Positions 19,605-29,177 of a DNA stretch of 64,000 bases are shown piece after piece. Position numbers and translations under genes: made by a program. Position 1 is the stretch's first letter, and every line of letters starts with the position of its first letter. Origin of the DNA: Candidatus Cloacimonadales bacterium. GTDB lineage: Bacteria; Cloacimonadota; Cloacimonadia; Cloacimonadales; DAONDQ01. The notes under the pieces are model-generated. The model was not told the DNA's origin. It was given only the letters and a program-made list of their open reading frames with translations, and did not search any database. Location: NCBI GenBank assembly GCA_963662275.1, contig OY759316.1, positions 3,520,001 through 3,584,000 of the forward strand, written 5' to 3'.

Positions 19605-20852
19605 TTAGGTTTTTAATTTCTTTTTCTCCGCTGCTGGGAAAAGAACATTATTCAGTATCAATCTATATCCTGGAGAATTTTTATGCAGATCTAACACTGT
19701 CTCTGGATCACCGACCTTATGTTGATAATCTTCAGGATCATGTCCACCATAAAAAGTGAATGTACCCTTTCCTATATTACCATGAATGTACTTGACTTCA
19801 TCTGCACCAGGTACTTCAGCTAAAATTATCACACTTTTTTTCACATATGGCTTCCTGAAAGTCGTCGTCTGACCCAGGAATCCATTGATCATATTGATAT
19901 GGCACTGCGTTAACATGGTAGGAACAGGATCATATTTCGCAGAAAAATCAAATAGTTGGAAATAATCTGCTTCCGCTCCTCTCAATTCTGCATAATCACT
20001 ACCGTCTATATCCGAAAACTCATATTCATAGGGATTTGTCCGAAGATCAAAGTTCTCAAAAGCAAATGTGCGGGAATAATCCAGCTTTGCTTTATAATTA
20101 GGATCAATGCCATCTCCATCAAAAACAGCATCGCATATATCAACATTATGTGCTGCCAAAGCAATATCAAAAGTATCTGTGGCGGCACACATGGCAAATA
20201 AAAAACCACCATTTTCTACAAAAGCTCTGATTTTCTCAGCCACAGCCTGTTTCAATTGCCAAACTTTAGGGTAACCTAAGCGACTTGCCATTTCTTCATT
20301 GATTCGGACATCATTCTGATACCAGGCAACACTGCGGAATGAACTATAAAACTTTCCAAACTGACCTGTGAAATCTTCGTGATGCAGATGAATCCAATCG
20401 TAATCGTTTAGTTTTCCGGACATCACCTCTTCATCCCAAATCTTATCATATTTGATATCGGCATAAGTCAAAGCTAAAGTCACAGCATCATCCCAAGGTT
20501 GCAGATTCGGAGGCGTATAGACAGCTATTCTCGGTTCCTTTTCCAGAACGATAGCGTCCATATTACCTTGCTGCATTTCATCCAGGATAGCAGCAACTCC
20601 GGAAGTGGAGACTATTTCAAAACGAACTCCCTTCACATTGCATTGTCCTTCAGTATCTCCGTTTTCGGGAATGAGAAATGAACCACCTCTATAATTCAGC
20701 AGCCACCTGACCTGTAACTGATCCTGGAGTGCCTTAAAGGCAACACCATATGCCTTTAGATGGTCTGTTTGAGTCATATCCATTGGGATCAATATCTCAG
20801 ACCAGGCAAATATAGGCAGCACAAGTACCAATAATAATATAAGATAACGCAT
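19605..20852 (-). CDS. Conserved secreted FCB protein (GATase-I-like; often labelled asparagine synthetase B)
   Basis: LIPMD..Q..HLKAYG, WLLNYRGGSF, PWDDAV, HLHHEDFTGQ, FAMC.ATD, GGHDPED motifs. Confidence 0.75.
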   Translation of the reverse strand: MRYLILLLVLVLPIFAWSEILIPMDMTQTDHLKAYGVAFKALQDQLQVRWLLNYRGGSFLIPENGDTEGQCNVKGVRFEIVSTSGVAAILDEMQQGNMDAIVLEKEPRIAVYTPPNLQPWDDAVTLALTYADIKYDKIWDEEVMSGKLNDYDWIHLHHEDFTGQFGKFYSSFRSVAWYQNDVRINEEMASRLGYPKVWQLKQAVAEKIRAFVENGGFLFAMCAATDTFDIALAAHNVDICDAVFDGDGIDPNYKAKLDYSRTFAFENFDLRTNPYEYEFSDIDGSDYAELRGAEADYFQLFDFSAKYDPVPTMLTQCHINMINGFLGQTTTFRKPYVKKSVIILAEVPGADEVKYIHGNIGKGTFTFYGGHDPEDYQHKVGDPETVLDLHKNSPGYRLILNNVLFPAAEKKKLKT

Positions 20853-20958
20853 TTTTTGTTATTCTCCACCGTTGAATATTAAAGACAACTCTTTATCTTC
20901 AATACTGCAACTAACTTTATACTGAATGAAGTGTGCGATTTGCATTCCATTCTTGTAA

Positions 20959-22086
20959 TTACATGAATTCATTCAAGATTTCATTAGAAATGAAATATGC
21001 ATCAGGACTTATTTTTACTGAATCTTGATGAATCAACAGCAGATTCATTTTTGCATATTTGTCAATAACCTGTTTGTATTTCTGCATGAAATCACTGCTA
21101 AATCTTGCATGATAAATTGAAAGATCAATACCTGTTGCCTTACGCAAATTCATGAAGATATATTCCTTCTCCAAATCAGCAGGTTTTTCTTCTATTCCTC
21201 CAGGAAAGATTGTTTTTGATACAACATCGTATTCGTATTTATCCATATCTTCATCATTTTGATAACGAACGCCATCAATGAAACCTGCTGCCCCCGCGCC
21301 TAATCCCAAATATTCATTCCCATCCCAATAAGCAAGATTATGCTTGGATTCAAATCCGCTTTTCCCAAAGTTCGATATCTCATAATGAACATAACCATTA
21401 TCCATCAGTGATTTCCGAATTAAATCATAGATATCTGCTACCTGGTCTTCATCTAGAGCTTTCACACCGTTTTCATAAAAGGCTGTCTTATCTTCAATAC
21501 TTAGACAATAAGTAGAGATATGTTCTGGTTTCAAAGTGAGCATTGATTCAAGAGAAACCTGCACTTCTTCAGTCGTTTGATTAGGAAGACCATACATCAT
21601 GTCGAGAGAAATGTTATGATAACCATAATCTCGCAACAGTTGGACTTTTGGACTGATTTGTGTAGATGTGTGTCTTCTTCCCAGGAACTTCAATTCCGTA
21701 TCCACAAAAGACTGCACACCAAGACTGATCCGATTTACTGATGTTTTAACTAAAGCTTTCAAGTAACTCTCAGTAACTGTTATAGGGTTCATTTCAAGCG
21801 TGACTTCTTCACATTCTGAAAGATCAAAACACGCTAAGATTTTCTGAATATCATGAGGATTTAGTAAAGAGGGTGTTCCACCACCAAAATATATTGTTTT
21901 AGGTACAAGATTCAATATATCCTGGTATAGCTTGGTTTCCTTATGAAGAATATCTAAATAATTCCTTACTTTTTCAGAATGATACGGTACTGAATAGAAA
22001 GAACAATAACCACATTTCGTCAGACAAAAAGGAATATGCAGATAGATATGCTGAATTAATGTACGAGACGGAATACTCGATCCCAA
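20959..22086 (-). CDS. hemW: Radical SAM heme chaperone HemW (HemN-like); start uncertain
   Basis: YLHIPFC..KC.YC.F, YFGGGTPS, NRISLGVQSF, HYEISNF, HN..YW motifs. Confidence 0.9.
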   Translation of the reverse strand: MGSSIPSRTLIQHIYLHIPFCLTKCGYCSFYSVPYHSEKVRNYLDILHKETKLYQDILNLVPKTIYFGGGTPSLLNPHDIQKILACFDLSECEEVTLEMNPITVTESYLKALVKTSVNRISLGVQSFVDTELKFLGRRHTSTQISPKVQLLRDYGYHNISLDMMYGLPNQTTEEVQVSLESMLTLKPEHISTYCLSIEDKTAFYENGVKALDEDQVADIYDLIRKSLMDNGYVHYEISNFGKSGFESKHNLAYWDGNEYLGLGAGAAGFIDGVRYQNDEDMDKYEYDVVSKTIFPGGIEEKPADLEKEYIFMNLRKATGIDLSIYHARFSSDFMQKYKQVIDKYAKMNLLLIHQDSVKISPDAYFISNEILNEFM

Positions 22087-22859
22087 CGATATTCTCCCGA
22101 TAACTGGTCACGTGACCAGAAAATAACGGCGGGAGTACCCGTAATATCCTTCCGATCAAGAAATCCCCAGTATCTGCTATCTGCGCTAACATCACGATTA
22201 TCACCCATAACAAAATACTTTCCTGCTGGTACTTTCACAGGTCCAAACCAATCCCGATTCATCATGAAATGATCTGGTGTTGCCCAGCCATCTTTATTAT
22301 CTGTCCAATAATCCCGTATATCTGGAACGATATCTTCCAGTACCATTTTCTGTGGATCTATATATTGTTCGTATGTGTGTTGAAAGACTTTACCATTAAT
22401 ATAAACGACCTTATCACGTAATTCTACAACATCTCCCGGCATCCCAATCACACGTTTTACGACATTCTTCTTGGAATAATAGGTAAGGTGGAACAAAGTA
22501 AGATGAGAAGGATCGCCACTGGCAAATTCTTCTTTGTTCCAGTAGATTGGCGGTAATATTTTAATGAAATCCTCACGGGGTTCCGGTTCTATAGGATCAG
22601 CGGGATAGCGGAATGTGATGATTTCTTCTTGCTTAGGATCAGTAAAAAAGTATTTCACCTTGTTTGCCACAAGGTAATCGCCAATCAGCAGTGTGCTTTC
22701 CATAGACGAAGAAGGTATCTTGAAATTTTGAAATGTATAATTGCGAATGATCATAGCTACAACGAAAGCAAAGAGAATCGCTTCTATCCAATCCTGTAAC
22801 CATGGCTTTTTTCGCTTTATTACTCTTGTTTTTTTTTCCGTGGGTTTCTGTTGTCTCAC
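22056..22859 (-). CDS. lepB: Signal peptidase I
   Basis: IPSSSMESTLLIGD, VKRVIGMPGD, YFVMGDNR..S.DSRYWG motifs. Confidence 0.95.
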   Translation of the reverse strand: MRQQKPTEKKTRVIKRKKPWLQDWIEAILFAFVVAMIIRNYTFQNFKIPSSSMESTLLIGDYLVANKVKYFFTDPKQEEIITFRYPADPIEPEPREDFIKILPPIYWNKEEFASGDPSHLTLFHLTYYSKKNVVKRVIGMPGDVVELRDKVVYINGKVFQHTYEQYIDPQKMVLEDIVPDIRDYWTDNKDGWATPDHFMMNRDWFGPVKVPAGKYFVMGDNRDVSADSRYWGFLDRKDITGTPAVIFWSRDQLSGEYRWDRVFRLVH

Positions 22860-22974
22860 TTATTTCTCCCATAGCTAACTCTTTCTTATATATCTAAATA
22901 AAATACACGTCTTTGTTTATGAACAGAAATGAGGTGTCAAGGAAAAAGGTGTGCAGAAGCTGATAGCTTATAGG

Positions 22975-24835
22975 GAGACTGTTCAAAATTAACCTCCATT
23001 TTACGCAGCCTTATTGGTAGTGACAGAGAAAAAGTGGTCTAAGTGCGACCAATCCACATTTTCTTGACATATGCGGGAGATACTTAAACTTGCTAAAAGT
23101 GATTCCTGACGCATGATTGGTTGACCTTTATCGACCAGTTCTTTGAACCAAAGCGAAAACACAAGGTTGCGGGTGGTTTCTTCAGATTTTAGTCCAAATC
23201 TACCGGATGTCACCTTCTTGATTTTGCGGTTCCAGCGTTCAGAGACATTGGAAGTCAAACCTTTGCTGAGGTGTCTCCAATCACTAATGATATTGCTTTT
23301 GATGTATTCGGCGGCGGTTGGGGGAGTAATAGCTGTCAGGCTTGCGATACCCTTTTTCCTTCCGCCCGCCGTTTCTCTTCGGAAAGCTTTCATAATCCTC
23401 TTCTTAAAGAACTTGTCCCTGTCTTCAGGGAGATGACATTGACTGATTCTTTTGAAGAGATTTCGTATCTTATGGAACTTACAGAGTTGGTAATGGACTT
23501 TTGGAAACACTGTTTTTCTTGCAACTGCTAACGATTTACTGCCATCACTGACAATCAGGGTTGGATCTTTCCTGTAGAGCTGTCTGAAGGTTCTGAAACA
23601 TGCTTCGAATGATTCTTTCTTTGTGTCAGGATACAACTCACAAAACAGAGGGATGTGAGTCACAAAATCAACAATACTGATGACATAGTACGGAATACCT
23701 TTGATCTTCACATATTTCTCATCAATGCTGATCTTTCCGCTCCACTTACCGATTGAGTTCAGAATCAGGCTCTGCAGGTCAGCGATTTCATGCCAGAGAT
23801 TTGAGACTGTAGCTTTACAGGTGTTGAGCAGCAAAGCTATCGTCTCGAAGTTCATACCGCTTCCAACCAGGTAATGTACCAGCAGACACAGGTTCTTGCG
23901 TTCCAGACTATGGAACGGCTTTGCATCGGCGGTTCTATGGGATGTATTGCCTTTAGCAGTCTTCATTTGTTCCAGGAGTCTGTCACAGATAACAGGTGTA
24001 TTCTGCTGACCGGCAAGCAGTTTCAGCAGATGTACAGCATCACCGCCTACTGTCTTTTTCAGAAGAAGCTTCTGAGCTTGCTTAACTACAGACAGAGAAT
24101 TGACCTGAGAAGCATATTTGCAGAAAGTGGTATAGGACATTTTAAAATCATGATGGCTGATGAACTCCTGATACATGACATTTAAAGGTAAAAGCAGGTT
24201 ATTGATAACAAAATTCTCGATCTGAGGAATACACTCCAGCAGGTCAACTTTCCGGCTTAAATATGCCAGGATATCATGACCATGCTGCTCAAACTCTTGC
24301 CAGAAATTATGTACATTCCTGCGGTCTGCGTAGTTAAACAGATCAGCTATTTGCTGAAGTGTAAGGAGGTTGTCTCCGCCTATTCCTACTAATAAGCGTA
24401 GAAACGCTATTAAGAACTTGTGGTTTGATGTTGTCTCAGGCAAAGTGAATGAAAATGGTACGTTAATACTTACATGGTATTGGTTACTTTCATGACTAAC
24501 ACTTACCGCTTCTTGAATTGGAGTGTTTTTTTGTCATAATATCCTCCCTTTTGTTACCAGGTAACAAATGCCATTGAAGCTATAGCAAAAAACTTGTAAA
24601 GAACTATTTTATATGATTTTAACTACACATTTAGTCAGAAACGGCTTCGAAACATTACTTATAATCGCGTGTTTTTCAATTTTAGTCAAAAAGCTTAACT
24701 TGTGATTTGGTGTCCTTAGCAGAGCTTATCTGTCAATTCTGGAAGGTATGTTAAATTATGACCGTTTCGACCACTTTTTTCAACTTGCTACTTTCTAACT
24801 TATTGAATATTATGAATAACTTCATGAACAGTCTC
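22975..24835 (-). mobile_element. Complete IS, Mutator-like (IS256 superfamily), 1861 bp
   Basis: Terminal IR GAGACTGTTCA (22975-22985) / TGAACAGTCTC (24825-24835); 8-bp direct repeat CTTATAGG at 22967-22974 and 24836-24843. Confidence 0.9.
23001..24443 (-). CDS. DDE transposase (MULE-like); true start probably 24537 across a frameshift
   Basis: IDEKY (D), VSDG (D), CKFH (CxxH), TSNVSERWN (E) motifs. Confidence 0.9.
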   Translation of the reverse strand: MPETTSNHKFLIAFLRLLVGIGGDNLLTLQQIADLFNYADRRNVHNFWQEFEQHGHDILAYLSRKVDLLECIPQIENFVINNLLLPLNVMYQEFISHHDFKMSYTTFCKYASQVNSLSVVKQAQKLLLKKTVGGDAVHLLKLLAGQQNTPVICDRLLEQMKTAKGNTSHRTADAKPFHSLERKNLCLLVHYLVGSGMNFETIALLLNTCKATVSNLWHEIADLQSLILNSIGKWSGKISIDEKYVKIKGIPYYVISIVDFVTHIPLFCELYPDTKKESFEACFRTFRQLYRKDPTLIVSDGSKSLAVARKTVFPKVHYQLCKFHKIRNLFKRISQCHLPEDRDKFFKKRIMKAFRRETAGGRKKGIASLTAITPPTAAEYIKSNIISDWRHLSKGLTSNVSERWNRKIKKVTSGRFGLKSEETTRNLVFSLWFKELVDKGQPIMRQESLLASLSISRICQENVDWSHLDHFFSVTTNKAA

Positions 24836-25259
24836 CTTATAGGTAACGGTAGCAACCAGGCTGAGAAAAAGGGAGAAGACCTAAGTGAGATTAATCTTGA
24901 AACAAGTATAAATCAAATATTTATACCAAAGAACCTTGTATTCATTTATTAGATTGTGATTAGCTGATCTGGTAAAAATTCATTTCGAAATTCAAAATTA
25001 TCTTGACTTTTTTTATCAAAATAAATATTTATTAATCTATTAGAACAAACAGTTATCAAGCATGGAGGTACATTAGTGGAACAAACAAAATTGATTCGTT
25101 TATTTTGTATGGTTGAATTGTCTCGTTTATGCTTATATCATGATTCTCAAGCCTAACAATACCGATGGTACTTTCTCACTATTATAGCTTTATATAATTT
25201 CTACCTTAATTATTCATGCGAAGAGCTTCTTAACCTATTTCCCCAAGGAGGAAAAAGAT

Positions 25260-26708
25260 ATGAAAATAACGATGCTTATTTTTCTACTTTGTTTGACGGT
25301 AGGTTGCTTTGCCCAGACAAGTTTTGCTGTCTCAACAACTGACACAATCCTTGATAATGTAAAACCTACCCTAACGCTTTCATCTCCTATAGGTGGTGAA
25401 TCCTGGTACACATCTATTCCGAATACTATTACGTGGACAGCTAGTGACTTGAACTTTGGGGCTTACCCCATCCGGCTGGAATACAGCCTGAACGGTGGAA
25501 TCGATTACATTACAATTGTAGATTCAACCGAGAATGATAGCATTCACACATGGCAAATTCCAGCAGTTTCGAGTACAAATACCAGAGTTAAGATTAAAGC
25601 TACAGATATTTTTGGTAACAGTGAGACGAAATCCTCACCAAGCGCTTTCTTCATTAATTTGCCTGATACTTGGGTGCTTGAGTTTGAGCCTCCCGTACTG
25701 CCAGCAGCTAATTACGAAATATCGATTATCCCTGGGGAAAGTGCACCTGAGGTCAGAGCTTCATTTGCTCCGAGCATTACAGAAAGCATTGGGGCAACTA
25801 TCACAGCAACCTATTCTACTAATCTGAATATCCTTTCTGGTAATTTCCCTAATCCTGCCCATCTTGGAGCATATTGGTGTTTCACTTTTTCGGTTCCGAA
25901 TGTACTTACGTCGGGAAGTTATTTCGATATACAGATGCCTATGCAACCATACCAGCTCTGGTATCGCTACAACAATGGCAATTGGCTGTTAATCCCAGGG
26001 TACGACAAAAATGTATTTAGTGCCCCTAATTACACGTATCGTGTTAATCTTCTCGACTTAATCTTTACCAAAGGAGTTGGTGATCTTGAATTTGCCGGTG
26101 ATACTGGTGAAGACGAAGACCTTCCCGTGGAACTTAGTTCTTTTACTGCAGTTACAACTGCTGATTGTTTTGTAAATTTAACCTGGGTTACTGAATCAGA
26201 GACGCAAGTATCGGGCTATAATGTCTATCGCTCGGAAACTTGTATTCTGCGTGATGCCATACGGTTAAATTCAATTCTTGTGTCTGCCACAAACACCTCT
26301 GAACAGCATAGTTATACGATACTGGACAATGAAGTTGTGATCAATTCCCACTATTACTATTGGCTGGAAAGCGTTGAATTAAATGCCAGCAATACTATGC
26401 ACGGACCAGTGAGTGTTAATGTGATCGGTAATACTACACCCATAATTTATGTGTCTCTCATGAATAGTGCTTTTCCAAATCCCTTCCGTACTGCTGGTTG
26501 CACCAACATCAATGTTTCCATTAAAACAGGTGAAACCGGTACTGTAACTATCTACAATATCCTGGGACAAACAGTTAAAACCTTCCCCCTTGCTGCCGGT
26601 AAACACACCCTGGCTTGGGATGGCAAAGGAAGCAGCAGCGGAATTTATTTCTATAAACTCAGCACGCCTTCTGTAAGTATGACAAAGAAACTGGTCCTGC
26701 TTAAGTAG
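25260..26708 (+). CDS. Secreted Ig-domain protein with LPVELSSF motif and T9SS-like CTD
   Basis: Signal peptide, SP.GGE.W Ig domain, LPVELSSF, AFPNPF...YNILGQ...SSGIYFY. Confidence 0.85.
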   Translation: MKITMLIFLLCLTVGCFAQTSFAVSTTDTILDNVKPTLTLSSPIGGESWYTSIPNTITWTASDLNFGAYPIRLEYSLNGGIDYITIVDSTENDSIHTWQIPAVSSTNTRVKIKATDIFGNSETKSSPSAFFINLPDTWVLEFEPPVLPAANYEISIIPGESAPEVRASFAPSITESIGATITATYSTNLNILSGNFPNPAHLGAYWCFTFSVPNVLTSGSYFDIQMPMQPYQLWYRYNNGNWLLIPGYDKNVFSAPNYTYRVNLLDLIFTKGVGDLEFAGDTGEDEDLPVELSSFTAVTTADCFVNLTWVTESETQVSGYNVYRSETCILRDAIRLNSILVSATNTSEQHSYTILDNEVVINSHYYYWLESVELNASNTMHGPVSVNVIGNTTPIIYVSLMNSAFPNPFRTAGCTNINVSIKTGETGTVTIYNILGQTVKTFPLAAGKHTLAWDGKGSSSGIYFYKLSTPSVSMTKKLVLLK

Positions 26709-26730
26709 TAAAGGGATAAGGAGAAAAATA

Positions 26731-28665
26731 ATGAAACAGCTAATTTTTATCATATGCTTGCTCTTAATCGCCGTTTTTGTTTATGCATTTCCCCCTGTAG
26801 TTTCCAATGTTGTTATGATTCAGTCAGATCATCCATGTGGTACATACGAATTTGGTGCGACAATCTTCTATAATCTAGCAGATGAGTTTGGGCATACCAG
26901 CTACATTTCTGTTGTTATCTCTGAGGATTCCGGTCAAACTTGGACAATAACACCCACACTTGCATTTTTAAGCGGTGATATCCGCTCAGGAGTACATCGT
27001 GGCGTAAACAAAGCCATTTACTGGGATATCTCAAATGAATATCAAAGATTTTATGGACACAATTATAGAGCCAAAGTGACTGTTGTTGACGAGACACCGG
27101 AGGCACCTATACCATCGAACTTCGTCTTTGTGGATGGTGGAACTTTCAATAACGGCACTTCAGATGTGACTTTGAGCAGTTTTTATCTGGATAAATACGA
27201 ACTTACTCAATCAGCTTATTCTGATGTGATGTTAAATAATCCATCCGATTTCTCAAATGTTATAAATGGTCCTGTTGAGAAAATCAACTGGTTCGAAGCA
27301 ATTGAATATTGCAACAGGCGCAGCATGAAGGAAGGTTTTACTCCCTGCTACAGTTATAGCACAGATGCTCATGGCAATTATGGAACAAATCCTAATAATT
27401 GGCCTGAAGGGTGGAATACTGATTTTCATAACCACACAAACGTATCATGCAGTTGGACTGCCAATGGTTACCGGCTTCCAACTGAAATGGAATGGATGTT
27501 TGCAGCTCAGGGTGGAAATCAGCCGCATAATTATACTTATAGTGGTAGTGATGACATCAACTCTGTGGCTTGGTATATTGAGAATGGTTATTCTGGCTAT
27601 ACGACTCATGCAGTTGGAGGAAAACTACCCAATGAGCTTGGTTTGTATGATATGAGCGGTAATGTTTGGGAATTGTGCTGGGATAATTTTGTTGATGGTT
27701 ATTATCCCCCCGGACCCCAGACCAACCCTACAGGTGTTCTTCCTTCATCATCAACTTACTATCCACCCTACCATGTGCTGCGTGGTGGTAGCTGTGATAC
27801 GTATGCTATTAGTTGCGCAACTTCGTATCGGTGGAGACAACGCGCAACCGATCACTTCTGGAATACGTGTGTAGGCTTCCGAGTTTGCAGAACAGCGAAT
27901 GAATTTGTTCTCGTTGATGGCGGCACATTTAATAATGGCACATCCAATGTGACAGTATCACCCTTTTATCTTGCTAAATCAGAACTTACACAGTCTGCTT
28001 TTAATAACGTGATGGAGTATAATCCATCCGGTTTTACAAATGTGTGCAATGGACCTGTGGAAAGTGTCTCCTGGTGCGAAGCAATTAAATATTGCAACCA
28101 GCGCAGCCGGTTGGAAGGTTTGACACCCTGCTATAGTTTATATGGTTCTACAGATCCTGAGACATGGCAGGAATGGCAGCAATATCCAGGTGAAATGCCC
28201 GTTTATATGCCATATGATGGTTATATAGAATGTGATTGGTCTGCAAATGGATATCGGCTTCCCACTGAAGCGGAATGGGAATTTGCTGCTCGAGGCGGGA
28301 ATCATTCCTATAGCACCGATTATAGCGGTAGTAACACGATTAATAATGTAGCCTGGTACACGTCGAATTCAGGGAGTAAGACTCATACAGTTGGCACCAA
28401 TGGCTCGAATGAGCTTGGTATTTATGACATGAGTGGTAACGTATATGAATGGTGCTGGGATGCTGAAGGAGATTATCCAGGTGGAGATATTACAGATCCA
28501 CATGGACCAATTATTTGGTCAGACAGTTCCTTCCGTGCACTGCGCGGTGGTGGATGGAATTCCTACGATGAATATTGTAAAGTTGGGTTTCGTAACTTTT
28601 ATAATGCATCTACATTGGTAAAAGAAACTAGCTATGGATTCCGCTTATGCAGGAATGCGCCTTAA
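26731..28665 (+). CDS. Secreted protein with an N-terminal Ig-like domain and two FGE-sulfatase (CLec-fold) domains
   Basis: Two copies of GYRLPTE.EW.FAA.GG, NELG.YDMSGNV.E.CWD, RGG and GFR.CR. Confidence 0.9.
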   Translation: MKQLIFIICLLLIAVFVYAFPPVVSNVVMIQSDHPCGTYEFGATIFYNLADEFGHTSYISVVISEDSGQTWTITPTLAFLSGDIRSGVHRGVNKAIYWDISNEYQRFYGHNYRAKVTVVDETPEAPIPSNFVFVDGGTFNNGTSDVTLSSFYLDKYELTQSAYSDVMLNNPSDFSNVINGPVEKINWFEAIEYCNRRSMKEGFTPCYSYSTDAHGNYGTNPNNWPEGWNTDFHNHTNVSCSWTANGYRLPTEMEWMFAAQGGNQPHNYTYSGSDDINSVAWYIENGYSGYTTHAVGGKLPNELGLYDMSGNVWELCWDNFVDGYYPPGPQTNPTGVLPSSSTYYPPYHVLRGGSCDTYAISCATSYRWRQRATDHFWNTCVGFRVCRTANEFVLVDGGTFNNGTSNVTVSPFYLAKSELTQSAFNNVMEYNPSGFTNVCNGPVESVSWCEAIKYCNQRSRLEGLTPCYSLYGSTDPETWQEWQQYPGEMPVYMPYDGYIECDWSANGYRLPTEAEWEFAARGGNHSYSTDYSGSNTINNVAWYTSNSGSKTHTVGTNGSNELGIYDMSGNVYEWCWDAEGDYPGGDITDPHGPIIWSDSSFRALRGGGWNSYDEYCKVGFRNFYNASTLVKETSYGFRLCRNAP

Positions 28666-28726
28666 ATTTGATTGATTGCTATTCGTTCTGAGCCTTGTTG
28701 TTCAGTTTTAGTTTTTAAAACATTTT

Positions 28727-28760
28727 TGGGGTTGCAGTAGTAAAATGCTGCACCCCTTGG
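28727..28760 (+). terminator. Probable terminator hairpin
   Basis: GGGGTTGCAGTA...TGCTGCACCCC downstream of the FGE gene. Confidence 0.5.
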
Positions 28761-28950
28761 AATTTATATGAAAGCTAAGATTCTGGAGTTCATATGCCCA
28801 AACTGATCATTATTGAACATCAGGCTAATAGGGCATGTGGACTTCAGAACCGACCTTTCATCCTCGGCAGCGAAAACCCGTTTTCAGTTAATTTCAATTG
28901 CCTGACTAATTAGCAATGGGTGCACATCTTGAACATCTTTAATTATGCCA

Positions 28951-28999
28951 GTTTCATACTAAGTTCATTCCTGTTTCATACCAGATTCATTCCTGTTTC
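28951..28999. repeat. 11/22-bp periodic repeat
   Basis: GTTTCATACTA-AGTTCATTCCT-GTTTCATACCA-GATTCATTCCT-GTTTC. Confidence 0.65.
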
Positions 29000-29177
29000 G
29001 CGAAATTGGAATGGAATATGTTTGGAGTTGGTTCGGGTTAGTTATGAATCTTGTATACTCCTAGAGGAATAATACTGGTTTTAAAGACGATAGAAAAGAA
29101 AAGCTTCTGCTATTTTACTTGTTTTAGAAGAACTTACGGATATTATATTAGTATGTATTTGAATGGAGTTGTAAAAG

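Noticed and set aside
26731..28665. Complete DGR at the tandem-FGE gene
   Set aside because: No RT or template repeat nearby; the two domain ends differ at all base types and include indels.
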